Assembly: GCA_020137815.1 (NCBI GenBank) | Contig: CM035351.1 | Coordinates: forward strand, 6,386,001-6,450,000 | Direction: 5' to 3' | Origin: Hormiphora californensis | Lineage: Eukaryota; Animalia; Ctenophora | Length of the DNA stretch: 64,000 nucleotides | In this document: one piece after another, positions 28,863 to 41,551 of the stretch | How positions within the stretch are numbered: the first letter of the stretch is position 1 | Layout: each line of letters starts with the position of its first letter | Notes under the pieces: model-generated | The model's input: only the letters and a program-made list of their open reading frames with translations | The model's database searches: none | What the model was told of the DNA's origin: nothing | Made by a program: the position numbers and the translations under genes

Positions 28863-29511
28863 ATGGAACATTTCTTCAACAGAAAACCAACGAAAGGTGA
28901 GAGCCATGTAAATAATGTGGTGTTTATAGATTTAGAATCTGAGTATTGTATGGACTGTACGAGACTTAAGAATTATAGTCAATCAGTACATTATGTATGG
29001 ATGAGTGACCCAGTGTACACAATTCACTGTCTGATCGACTTTACCTCTTTTATTTGTGTGGCTCTATCCCTCTCAATTAATTAACGTCTTTGTTACCCAA
29101 CAAGTGCTACTGCCTCCGTGTTCAGCCTGACAGACAAAACAACTCAGTACGCCGGAGTACATTGTTTCATCATGTGTGGTGGCGCTCTTTATTTGAGCAA
29201 CCTTATCTCTCACTATTCTCTCTCTCTATCTCTTCTTTCTGCTATCTCTATCTCTCTCTCTGTCTCTCTCTCTCTCTGACTCTTTCTCTCTTCACTCTCT
29301 TCTCTCCTTCTCTTGTACACTCTCGCATGCTCTTCTACTCTTTTTCTTTCTCTAATCTAGCATGCACTCATCTCCTCGTGTCTCATTCCATTGTGTGAGA
29401 GTGTGTTCGTTGTTAGGATTCCAGTGAACTGTCAACACCGGGCCGTGTACAACAGGCATAAATAGTGAGAGAGAGGAGAGAAGAGAGAGGAGGAGATAGA
29501 GAGAGAGGAGG

Positions 29512-29555
<44 letters not shown>

Positions 29556-31950
29556 GAGAGAGAGAGAGAGAGAGGAGAGGGAGAGAGAAAGAAGAGAGAG
29601 AGGAGAGAGCGAGAGAGAGAGAGGAGAGGGGGGGGGGGGAGCTCAGCTCCTGCCGGAGAGAAATGAGCTAGGATAGAAATTGAGCGATGCAGCCACCCGA
29701 AAGAGAGGGAGAGAGCAGCCAAGAGAGAAGAGAAGAGGAGAAAGAAAGTGTAAAGTGCGACGGTCTGAGGAGACACGGAAGAGAATTCGATGCAAAACTA
29801 CTATAACAAGTAGGCGGCAGGGAGTAAGGGTGTGTAAATTGTGTATTTCTTGCAGCCCCAAACTAGAGAAGTACACAGCTAACAAACACCTCTCCTTCTA
29901 TCTATATAGCTCTCTCTCTCTGTCTCTTTATATCTTCTCTTCTCTCTCTACTATCTTCTCTCTCTCTCTCTATCTCTCTCAAAAATAAGTATCAACAAAC
30001 GCACGTCCAATGCCAAATGATGGAGATAAAAGAATTGCAGTGTAAATTAAAAATATCCTCGTTCTAACTCTCATGCAATCTACTCCCTAGACACTCTCTC
30101 TTCGTCACGTTTCTTATTTCTTTTAAACCCACAACACACAGGCTAACGGAGCCTAATAGGATTTTCGAAAAGACCCAACACAACCGCCATGTTACGGATG
30201 AGATGATCACGGTGCCCAACCACATTGCCATGGCAGCATGCTACGTCGAAGATGCACGGGACGGAAGGTAGGATATGTCTTGTACTGTGTGCGATCGGAG
30301 CCAGATACAACCAGGGGGAGGGGTAGAACTGTTAGATGTGATGTATTATCATGGGGGTAGCTAGGGCATGATATTTTCATCCAGTGGGATAGAGAGGAAG
30401 AGAGAGGGATAACGAGAGATAGAAAGTAAAGAAGTAAAGAAAGTAAAGAGAGAAAGAGAAAGAAAGAGAGAGGGGGATGTAATGTCTTGCTCGTGATCGT
30501 ATAGCCGTCCACATGGAACGCCTTGCAATACACAGAAACAGTGAGAGAATGAAGTCAAGTGTAAAAAGGGCGACAATTTTAACTCTGACACTTCACTCTA
30601 TTTCAGACTGGCCAACGGCAAGGGCAAAATGTCTGAAAAGACGAGAAAAATACAATTGTAAGTTCACACACTGGATAAAACTCCCCCGTTGTATCTAAAC
30701 CTCATTTTATATCTAACTTCAAAACTAACCTCCTAAACCTCATTTTATATCTAACCTCACAACTAACCTCCCAAACCTCATTTTTATATCTAACCTCACA
30801 ACTAACCTCCTAAACCTCATGATATATCTAACCTCACAACTAACCTCCTAAACCTCCTCTTCAGGTGTTTCTTTATCAAGACCCATGCATGGTGGTCTAA
30901 ATTCATCTACCTCTCTATCGTCTTCATGTCCATTTTGATATTTTTCGAACCTCCATCGTCTGCCGCTATCACGGTGTGCGCTATGGAGATAATTAATTAC
31001 CGCGACAACAGCACTATTTGCCAAGACGAGACAATTATTCAAAACTGGGAAGCTTGGACCTTATTTGTGGAATTTTTATTAATAATGGTGCGTAATTATC
31101 ATAGTGCTGGATGTAACCTAACATTGCAACATTATCTCTCACTAAAATGTTTTGAAACTAAATGTTTATAGTTTCTAACTTGACATGTATTTTCCAGATA
31201 TTTGTCACTGATGTGTTTATGAAAGCTACGTATATGAAGCCCAGCACGTACTGTACCAAGAAGTGGCAGAAGTAAGAACAATTCTGGGTCGTTAATTAAT
31301 ATACAATTTCCGTATTACACACATTATATCAGTAAATAATAATTGTATAATAATAATAATAATAATTGTATACAATAGTTATACATCAACACTAACATCA
31401 TTCTTCTTCTTCAGGGTTACAACTTTTTTTATTTTAATGTTTTCAATTGATTGGATCCTCTTTGTTTGCACATACTATGCGATGAATAAAAAGGGGGTAG
31501 TTTTCTACTCTCCTTTCTTCTCTCATCTCTCTCTCGGATATAGCTATATATCTCTATCGAAGCTCTATATCTATATCGCTATAGAGCGATAGAGCGAGCT
31601 CTCTACTTCGCTCTCTTCTGATCTCAGCGATCGCTCTAGCTATCTCTCTCTTTTCTCTCGCTCGCCTCTCTTTTCCCCACCTTCTCTCTCTTATATTACA
31701 CACACTTGCTTTCCAGCTCATAGCCTCACTTATTATATATAGCTCCAGAGAACTAACACCCTTTCTCCCTCCTACAGTTGAGTTTAGCCGAAAGTTTCGG
31801 CAGCCCGGTTCGTGGTTTATTGACTAGGAAAATCGGGAACTCCGCGAATTCGGGAGACCATACCACGGATGTTTATCTGATCTCGATAAATACAACGGGC
31901 GGCTTCTCTTCTTGGGCATTACGTTCTTTGCCTGGTTCGAGCCCACCGTC
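28863..31950 (+). pseudogene. Truncated two-pore channel paralog (TPC-A), N-terminus to domain-I S4/S5
   Basis: Exons 28863-28896 (MEHFFNRKPTK), 29990-30041 (tentative), 30142-30267 (AACYVEDARDGR), 30607-30657, 30865-31087, 31198-31271 and 31415-31496 are open and collinear with the downstream paralog. The exon at 31778-~31950 is frameshifted and LINE remnants follow. It could instead be an incompletely assembled intact gene. Confidence 0.75.
30692..30858 (+). repeat. ~38-bp tandem repeat x4 just upstream of a TPC-A acceptor
   Basis: TATCTAACCTCACAACTAACCTCCTAAACCTCAT repeats. Confidence 0.85.
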
Positions 31951-32589
31951 CTGGTATGCCTGTATTTGACTTTGGGAACTCTAGCACCTCTAGCCCTATA
32001 ACCATTAGTGACAAGCATACAACTAATTAGTGAACCATTCACATCACCCCAATTAGGACCAATCAACGAAGTAACACTACAGTGTTCATCAAATATTTCA
32101 GAAATTACACTTCACAAACCATCGTAAGTGATGACAGGATACTCCCACACCCTATAATCTCCCCAAATAGCATGCAGGAACTACGCTATAGCCCATCCTC
32201 AGAGGCGGGACCTTGGGGTAGTTTTTTTTGCGCCTCCAGCTGGAGCCCACCCTCTATCAGGCGAGCACCTCCATTACCGCTGAGCGGCACCAGCCCATAG
32301 TACCGCCATCGTAAAAAGGACTCACGCCCTTCAGTGAAGCTGATCTACTAAATGTTGGAGAAACGGGCAATTTAGCGACAGGGAAAGGGCAGAAGAGTCA
32401 AATCGCAGCACCGAATAGTGCAAGTGGAACCCAAATGACCCTCCGAAAGGAAGGGACAGGGAGGTTTAACACTGCCCGCGGAGCCCAAGAAAATCTGCCG
32501 CTCCACCCCAACAGGAGGGGCAGCAGAGTCTACGGCCGCCTCAAGGACCCTCAGCAGAGTAACACAAATCAACCTCCATAAAAGTGATT

Positions 32590-32990
32590 AAGCATGGGAT
32601 GACATAATCACCTACAACCAAACAAGATCACAAATTATCCTAACCCAAGAACCGCCTATAATAGGGAAATCGTCTAAAGTTAGGTCCAGCGGAGGATTCT
32701 CTGCCCTATATGACAAAAGAGACCACGTCAAAATCCTTGTCAAACTGGGCACCAAAGCAGTCATTCTATGCTCAATGTACACAGGGTAGGCCAGAAACAT
32801 GGAGCCACTTTGAGATAACTAATGTGTCAAATGTCAATACAGGGTAACCCCCAAATCCTGGCAGGAAGCAGATGCCATCTACCTGCCCAAGCCAGGAAAG
32901 GATGACTATCGCATGCCTAAATCATAAATCATACCGAACAATAACCCTTGCGTCAAACCCCCACAAACTAATGGAACGGTTAATTCTAAT
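32590..32990 (+). mobile_element. LINE remnant (APE and RT fragments, R1/I/Jockey-like)
   Basis: IILTQEP (APE motif) and TPKSWQEADAIYLPKPGKDDYRMPKS-YRTITLASNPHKLMERLIL (RT start), the latter interrupted by a 7-bp AAATCAT duplication. Confidence 0.8.
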
Positions 32991-33092
32991 ACACACATTG
33001 GGGTAGACCAAAAAGTACACAATCTCAGTAATGTGAACAGCCGGGTGTCATGCGGTTCATGTACGACTTTTTTGCTTGTAGTTTAAATTACC

Positions 33093-33398
33093 TTTCAATA
33101 AAGTTGGTTGAAAGACGATCTCTTCTGAGAATTTTGCTAACTGGATCCTAAATTCAGCCAGCCTTTCTGCCAGTTGATTGTCCTTCTCTGCATTCAATTG
33201 TGCCAGCATTTTATCCTTCGCTGCCAGCGTTTTATTCATTTCTGCCAGCTGATTTTCTTTCTCTGCCAGCTGACTGTCTTTCTCTGCCAGCTGACTATCT
33301 TTCTCTGCCAGCTTTTCTCTTAATGTTAATTCATTGATATTTTGGGATGGTCCTCTTTCCTCGGACAGTTCCACAGGACCCATCTCCAGATCCTCCAT
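33093..33398 (-). CDS. Coiled-coil exon or fragment with LAEKDSQ heptads
   Basis: Open frame with 21-bp coding repeats, ending at an AAAG|GTAAT donor. Partner exons not found. Confidence 0.4.
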
Positions 33399-33523
33399 GT
33401 TGGGAAGTGGCAGATAGTTAAACCACCAGCATTCGTGGCCGTTTTATCTTTTACATACTACATACTTGTAGTCAGGGCATATGAATATGTTAATTTCATG
33501 GTGATTTTCGACATAATTATTAT

Positions 33524-33681
33524 GGTAAGCGGGCTCTAGTGCTAAAATCACGAAAAGCGAACTCGAGATTTCAGCCGTCAGGCCGGAAACGAGAGTTTGC
33601 TGTGCCTCTCTGGTTAGGGTTAGATATAGAGTCCTCCTTGGGTTTAGATATAGAGTCCGTTAGCACTAGAGTCCGCCCACC
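33524..33681. mobile_element. Short Mutator-like MITE (same TIR family as 37459-38038)
   Basis: GGTAAGCGGGCTCTAGTGCTA / TAGCACTAGAGTCCGCCCACC. Flanks AATTATTAT / AATTATTGG form a partial 9-bp TSD. Confidence 0.7.
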
Positions 33682-33706
33682 AATTATTGGTATTATAAAG
33701 TTCTCA

Positions 33707-33746
33707 AGTTTCAAACTTTTCAACACTACTTTAAACAAATTGGCAG
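33707..33746 (+). ncRNA. Spliced-leader (SL) exon-like sequence, copy 1
   Basis: AGTTTCAAACTTTTCAACACTACTTTAAACAAATT matches the ctenophore SL as I recall it, but ends GGCAG|GT instead of AATTTGAG|GT. Confidence 0.65.
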
Positions 33747-33779
33747 GTCGGTAGAACTTCGACAGAATTTAGGGCAGGT

Positions 33780-33970
33780 CTGAATTTAGGGCAGCTCCTG
33801 TGTTTGTTTAGTTTTAACTGAGTTTTCTGTATCTGTTTCCTAATGTCATTGTTGTACCATGGTGGTGGCTTGATTTTGTTGGTGGTATATGTGTATTCGG
33901 TGTGTTTGTTCCACGCTTCTATTATGGCTGTGTTGATTGTGTCTGATGCCACGTCCATCTCCCTTTCCCA
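33780..33970 (-). mobile_element. LINE ORF2 linker fragment (duplicated at ~36440-36630)
   Basis: EMDVASDTINTAIIEAWNKH...PPPWYNNDIRKQI resembles the APE-RT linker PW(F/Y)N motif. Confidence 0.6.
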
Positions 33971-34690
33971 GTTGTCATGTCTCCCAGTTGTCATGTCTCT
34001 CTCGGTTACCATGTCTCCCAGTTGTCATGTCTCCCAGTTACCATGTCTCCCAGTTACCATGTCTCCCAGTTGTCATGTTTCCCAGTTGCCATGTCTCCCA
34101 GTTGCCATGTCTCCCAGTTACCATGTCTCCCAGTTATCATGTCTCCCAGTTGCCATGTCCCCCAGTTACCATGTCTCCCAGTTGTTATGTCTCCCAGTTG
34201 CCATGTCCCCCAGTTACCACGCCTCCCAGTTGTTATGTCTCCCAGTTGCCATGTCCCACAGTTACCACGCCTCCCAGTTACCATGTCTCCTAGTTGTCAT
34301 GTCTCCCAGTTACCATGTCTCCCCGTTACCATGTCTCCCAGTTGCCATGTCTCCCAGTTACCATGTCTCCCAGTTACCACGTCTCCCAGTTACCATGTCT
34401 CCCAGTTGTCATGTCTCCCAGTTGCCATGTCTCCCAGTTACCATGTCTCCCAGTTGTTATGTCTCCTAGTTGTCATGTCTCCTAGTTGTCATGTCTCCTA
34501 GTTGTCATGTCTCCCAGTTGCCATGTCTCCCAGTTACCATGTCTCCCAGTTGTCATGTCTCCCAGTTACCATGTCTCCCAGTTGTCATGTCTCCCAGTTA
34601 CCATGTCTCCCAGTTACCATGTCTCCCAGTTGCCATGTCTCCCAGTTGTCATGTCTCCCAGTTGTCATGTCTCCCAGTTGTCATGCCTCC
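33966..34690. repeat. 16-bp minisatellite (CATGTCTCCCAGTTAC/TG), also at 36145-36318 and 36625-37317
   Basis: Read directly. It is the source of the many MSPSCHVSQL ORFs. Confidence 0.95.
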
Positions 34691-36365
34691 CTGCAGTTTT
34701 CCCTAACAATTTGCAAACCCTGTGTAGCATGAGGTGATTAGCATGGAACATTTTTTCAATAGGAAACCCACCAAAGGTAGCCCATGGTATCGTGTGTAAT
34801 TGTAACCATGTAGTATCACCATAGTAACCAAGGTGTGCGGACTCTAGTGCTACACTCTAAGTCTACAGTGGACTCTATATCTAAATTTAGATTTAGATAA
34901 AGAGTCCAAATAATTCTAAACTCTAGGAGGACTCTTTATCTAAAAAGTCTACACAGGGTGGACTCTTTATCTAAAAAGTCTAAACAAAGTGGACTCTATA
35001 TCTACATAAATCTAAATTAGATATAGAGTCCGCCTTTCGCCGCGAACTCGAGATTTCGGCCGTTAGGCCGGAAACGAGAGTTTGCTCTACCCCTATACTA
35101 ATTTAGAAGTGTTAGGGCCGTTATTTGGGTTCGAGGTTAGGGTTAGGGCCATAAACAATCGAATTCCTGCCAGCGAGGGCGCGGTTAAGATCAATCGATT
35201 TCCTGCCAGGCCCACGGTTAGGAACACAGTGTACGGAAATCCGACACATTTTATTTTTAAGTGCTACTTTAGTTAATCACTGCTAATTAGTGGTTGAATA
35301 TTTTGAAGTTTTAAGAACGGAAAAAGGGAACAGAAGGGATTATCTATCCAGCTATGTAATTTTTAGTTGAATTTTCAGATCATAACATAAGTCTATCCTT
35401 CCAGAACACCAGGTCATTTTTGGTCAATTTTGGACATAATTGATCAGTTATCTAATTGACCAATTAACTTTTTTTAAGGTTAAGCTGGCCTAACCTTCAC
35501 GTCTCAACGTCCTCTTTCAGATGGTGTAATTTTTTTGGAATTTTGTAAAACACATTATCACTCAGACTGCATTTAACTGTTTAGTACTAGCCTATTGTAC
35601 CGTCTTCATAGTGAAGTGCAATTTCGGGTCGAAAAAGTCAATTTTGTAACAAAGTCATATCTTAACTGTTTTTAATCGAATAAATTGTTGCATTAATGTT
35701 GTCGATACAGTTATCCGCTTATTACTACTTACTTTTATTAAGTTTTTTGGCCAAAATCGAGCCAATATAGCGTTTTTTGGTCAATTTTGGACATATATGA
35801 CTAAAAAATCCCAAAAATTTTTATGCATAAATGACCTCAGACAGTGCTTGGCATCTGAAGATAACTTTCAGCTCTTTAAATGAAGTCAAACAGGTCAAAA
35901 ATCACTTAGATTGGCATAAATGGTGATTTGGCCAAATTTGGCTGGCAGATCAGCATTGGTGTTAAGCTGAGCACTAACAATATGATTCTTTATTGGTTAG
36001 AAATGATCGAATTCCGTTCAAATCATTCATATTCCGTACAACAAAACCCTGGTTAGAAAGTATCGAATTCCGTACAACACTTGAACTCTAACCAAAATAT
36101 ACTCCATTGGTTAGAAACTATCGAATTCCGTCCAAATCGTTCCTATGTCTCCCAGTTGCCATGTCTCCCAGTTACCATGTCTCCCAGTTACCATGTCTCC
36201 CAGTTACCATGTCTCCCAGTTGTCATGTCTCCCAGTTGCCATGTCTCCCAGTTACCATGTCTCCCAGTTGTTATGTCTCCTAGTTGTCATGTCTCCTAGT
36301 TGTCATGTCTCCTAGTTGTTAGCACTAGAGTCCGCCCACCAATTATTGGTATTATAAAGTTCTCA

Positions 36366-36405
36366 AGTTTCAAACTTTTCAACACTACTTTAAACAAATT
36401 GGCAG
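36366..36405 (+). ncRNA. Spliced-leader (SL) exon-like sequence, copy 2
   Basis: Identical to 33707-33746, with a GT donor at 36406. Confidence 0.65.
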
Positions 36406-37369
36406 GTCGGTAGAACTTCGACAGAATTTAGGGCAGGTCTGAATTTAGGGCAGCTCCTGTGTTTGTTTAGTTTTAACTGAGTTTTCTGTATCTGTTTCCT
36501 AATGTCATTGTTGTACCATGGTGGTGGCTTGATTTTGTTGGTGGTATATGTGTATTCGGTGTGTTTGTTCCACGCTTCTATTATGGCTGTGTTGATTGTG
36601 TCTGATGCCACGTCCATCTCCCTTTCCCAGTTGTCATGTCTCCCAGTTGTCATGTCTCTCTCGGTTACCATGTCTCCCAGTTGTCATGTCTCCCAGTTAC
36701 CATGTCTCCCAGTTACCATGTCTCCCAGTTGTCATGTTTCCCAGTTGCCATGTCTCCCAGTTGCCATGTCTCCCAGTTACCATGTCTCCCAGTTATCATG
36801 TCTCCCAGTTGCCATGTCCCCCAGTTACCATGTCTCCCAGTTGTTATGTCTCCCAGTTGCCATGTCCCCCAGTTACCACGCCTCCCAGTTGTTATGTCTC
36901 CCAGTTGCCATGTCCCACAGTTACCACGCCTCCCAGTTACCATGTCTCCTAGTTGTCATGTCTCCCAGTTACCATGTCTCCCCGTTACCATGTCTCCCAG
37001 TTGCCATGTCTCCCAGTTACCATGTCTCCCAGTTACCACGTCTCCCAGTTACCATGTCTCCCAGTTGTCATGTCTCCCAGTTGCCATGTCTCCCAGTTAC
37101 CATGTCTCCCAGTTGTCATGTCTCCTAGTTGTCATGTCTCCCAGTTGCCATGTCTCCCAGTTACCATGTCTCCCAGTTGTCATGTCTCCCAGTTACCATG
37201 TCTCCCAGTTGTCATGTCTCCCAGTTACCATGTCTCCCAGTTACCATGTCTCCCAGTTGCCATGTCTCCCAGTTGTCATGTCTCCCAGTTGTCATGTCTC
37301 CCAGTTGTCATGCCTCCCTGCAGTTTTCCCTAACAATTTGCAAACCCTGTGTAGCATGAGGTGATTAGC

Positions 37370-40300
37370 ATGGAACATTTTTTCAATAGGAAACCCACCA
37401 AAGGTAGCCCATGGTATCGTGTGTAATTGTAACCATGTAGTATCACCATAGTAACCAAGGTGTGCGGACTCTAGTGCTACACTCTAAGTCTACAGTGGAC
37501 TCTATATCTAAATTTAGATTTAGATAAAGAGTCCAAATAATTCTAAACTCTAGGAGGACTCTTTATCTAAAAAGTCTACACAGGGTGGACTCTTTATCTA
37601 AAAAGTCTAAACAAAGTGGACTCTATATCTACATAAATCTAAATTAGATATAGAGTCCGCCTTTCGCCGCGAACTCGAGATTTCGGCCGTTAGGCCGGAA
37701 ACGAGAGTTTGCTCTACCCCTATACTAATTTAGAAGTGTTAGGGCCGTTATTTGGGTTCGAGGTTAGGGTTAGGGTTAGTGTTAGGGTTAGGTTTTGGGT
37801 TGGGTTAGGATTTTAGACATAGAGTCCGGGTTGGAGGATTTGGCGCCAAAATGTACTAGAGGACTCTATATATAAAAATTCTACACAGGGCGGACTCTTT
37901 ATCTAAAAAGTCTACACAGGGAGGACTCTTTATCTAAACTTTTTTCAAAGTCTAACTGTAGATAAAGAGTCCGTTTTTAGATATAGAGTCCGCCTTGGAT
38001 TTAGATAAAGAGTCCGTTAGCACTAGAGTCCGCCCACCAGTAACCAATAACCATGTCGTGTCACCATAGTAACCATGCTGTGCCACCATAGTAACCATGT
38101 CGTGCCATCATAGTAACCATATTGTGTCACCATAGTAACCATGTCGTGTCACCATAGTAACTATGTCGTGTCACTATAGTAACCATGTTGTGTCACCATA
38201 GTAACCATGTCGTGTCACCATAGTAACCATGTCGTGTCACCTTAGTAACCATATTGTGTCACCATAGTAACCATGTTGTATCACCATAGTAACCATGTTG
38301 TGTCACCATAGTAACCAATAACCATATTGTATCACCATAGTAACCATGATGTGTCACCATAGTAAACATGCCGTGTCACCATAGTAACCAATAACCATGT
38401 CATGTCACCATAGTAATTAGTAACCATGTCGTGTCACCATAGTAACCATGTCGTGTCACCATAGTAACCATGATGTGTCCCCATAGTAACCATGTTGTAT
38501 CACCATAGTAACCAATAACCATGTTGTGTCACCATAGTAACCATGTCGTGTCACCATAGTAACCATGTCGTGTCACCATAGTAATCATGTTGTGTCACCA
38601 TAGTAACCATGTTGTATCACCATAGTGGTGGGCGGACTCTAGTGCTAACGGACTCTTTATCTAAATCCAAGGCGGACTCTATATCTAAAAACGGACTCTT
38701 TATCTACAGTTAGATTTTGAAAAAAGTTTAGATAAAGAGTCCTCCCTGTGTAGACTTTTTAGATAAAGAGTCCGCCCTGAGTAGAATTTTTAGATATAGA
38801 GTCCTCTAGTACATTTTGGCGCCAAATCCTCCAACCCGGACTCTATGTCTAAAATCCTAACCCAACCCAAAACCTAACCCTAACACTAACCCTAACCCTA
38901 ACCTCGAACCCAAATAACGGCCCTAACACTTCTAAATTAGTATAGGGGTAGAGCAAACTCTTGTTTCCGGCCTAACGGCCGAAATCTCGAGTTCGCGGCG
39001 AAAGACGGACTATCTAATTTAGATTTATGTAGATATAGAGTCCACTTTGTTTAGACTTTTTAGATAAAGAGTCCGCCCTGTGTAGACTTTTTAGATAAAG
39101 AGTCCTCCTAGATTTTAGAATTATTTGGACTCTTTATCTAAATCTAAATTTAGATATAGAGTCCTCTTTAGACTTAAAGTGTAGCACTAGAGTCCGCACA
39201 CCCACCATAGTAACCAATAACCATGCTGTGTCACCATAGTAACCATGTCGTGTCACCATAGTAACCATGTCGTGTCACCATAGTAACCAATAACCATGTT
39301 GTATCACCATAGTAACCATGGTATGTCATCGGGTAACATGACATTGTCATGTTAATAAATAATAATGTTGTGTAACCTGTCTGACGGTGCCAGACCCCGA
39401 TTTGATTCTCTGTGCGCTCAGAGTCAGATGGGGTCAGCTGCGCCAGGTGCAGTGTGTAACCTAAACCAATGAACCATGTTTAGCTGTGTTGTCTGTTTCT
39501 GGTATTGTGTGTGCGTGTTTCACTGCCGCATCTGACTGGTGGTACGTTGCCATGCTGACAGGCAAGGAACATGCCAAGTGGTACGGGGACGGCCTGGTAC
39601 AAAGTGGTCGTGATGTCGCTGCTGACGTGATGCTGACGTATGTACCTATTGTAGTTTGTAGTTTGAAAATGTTAAATCGAACTTCATATTCCAAAGATTG
39701 TGTGCCCCCATCTGACCGGCACCATTATATCCAGGTTATGCTGACCTATTAGAGGATGAGGGTGGAGATGAGGTCGTTATACCCTTCCACGTCAGCAAGG
39801 CTGCCTGCTATGTAGAAGACGCTATCGATGGGAGGCTAGCTAATGGAAAAGGGAAAATGTCTGACATGTCCAAAACTATACAACTGTAAGCTGTGGAACT
39901 GTCTGGTGGCCTCTCCTTCCTCTTCGAACCCCCATCTCTATCCATCGACCTCCCTATGTACCTCGACCCCCTATCTCTATCCAATGGATAATCCATCGAC
40001 CTCCCTCTTTCCATCGACCCCATCTCTATCCATCAACCTCCCTCTAGCCATCGACCTCCCTCCATCAGTCCATCGATCCCCATCTCCCTCCATCGACCCC
40101 TCTCTCTCTCTCTCTCCCTCCATCGACCCCCATCTCTATCCATCGACCTCCCTCTAGCCATCGGCCCCCATCTCTCATCTAATAACTATCTCCATCAACC
40201 CTCTCTCTCCCCCCTCCCTTCCTCTCTTCTCCCCAGGAGTTTCTTTATCCAGACCCACACGTGGTGGAACAATCTAGTATACGGTAGTGTGGTGCTCATG

Positions 40301-41520
40301 TCTTGTCTGATATTCCTCGAACCATCCTCCTCTGCCGCTATAACGGTGTGCAACGAGCAGTGGTTCTATTTCCCTGGCAACGCTACCGGCTGGAATATCT
40401 GCCAGTTCCATAATGAACCCTGGCAGCCATGGACTCTTGCAGTAGAGTTACTAATGATCGTGGTATGTGGGATATTTTTAGTGTGATCCAGGTTGTATAG
40501 AAGTTGTCCAAATTGATCTTAACAACTCACTTACACAAAACCTTCTTTCATATTTGTATTGATTTGGTAAACTCTTTTTGTTTTAGGTGTTCGTGTCAGA
40601 TGTGGCAATGAAATCGACGTACATGAAAACACAGGTGTATTGGACAAAGAAGTGGCACAAGTGAGTCCTTTTTTATAAAGGGGGGGGGGGGCACAAGTGA
40701 GTCATGTCATATGTTCCTTCTTTACTACACATCTCTGTCAGAGCATTGGCCCTATTCTCATTTCTTTTGGAGCGCGTGAGAACTGTGGTCAGAGCATTGG
40801 CCCAGCAAACAAATTAATCTAGAGTTTTCTAAACTGCTTCTATTCTATCTTTCAGAATTTCTGGATTTTTCATCATCCTGTTCACGTTTGATCTGGTCAT
40901 TTTCTTCTTCACATATTCCATAACAGGAAGCGGGGTAAGATAGAGAGAAAAGGGAGAGAGTCAGGGAGAGAGAATCGATATGTCGGTATTGTATTTCCTA
41001 CTTGTACTATAACAACTAGCTCATGCTCTATTTACAGATACGGTTCAGTCGGCCATTCCGTCCGCTTCTTCTACTCACCCGTTACCGATCTCTGAGGAGA
41101 ATTCTGGAGACCCTACTCTCTATGATGAACGATCTAATTAGACAAATTGGGGTCATCATTGTCTACATCATCATATTCGCGTGGATAGGCGTGGTACGTA
41201 CCTACAAATCACTAAATAAACGTAAAATTAAATCAGCATTTAAAAAGAAAAATGGTAGAAGAAAAAAATGCAAAAAACAACGGTTTGCCTGTTTCGGTAG
41301 GGCTGAACTACGTGCCTATTCACCGGTGCTATCCCGCTACTGACCAGTACGGAAGCTTTTGCCTGCTGGCTTTCGCCCCTGGGCCTGTACGCTTCTCACT
41401 ATCAACCTGGACCGCTTAGCCTACGCTTGACTCTCTCTCTCTCACTCTCTCACACACTCTTCTTCTTTTTCTCTCTCGCCATCTCCCTATTTTTCTTTAT
41501 CTTCCTTTCACATACACACA

Positions 41521-41551
<31 letters not shown>

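Larger units (their letters stand above)
33659..37774 (+). repeat. ~1.45-kb near-identical direct duplication (33659-35147 / 36318-37774)
   Basis: Both units carry the SL-like exon, LINE fragment, 16-bp satellite, TPC first exon and Mutator-like start. The offset is 2659 before the satellite. Confidence 0.9.

Noticed and set aside
33843-37364. Cys/His-rich ORFs (MSPSCHVSQL)n, and a possible CRISPR-like array
   Set aside because: A 16-bp tandem satellite with no unique spacers, in a eukaryotic context with no cas genes.
37762-37810. TTAGGG repeats as a telomere or chromosome-fusion relic
   Set aside because: They are short, degenerate and internal to a TIR element present in several copies.
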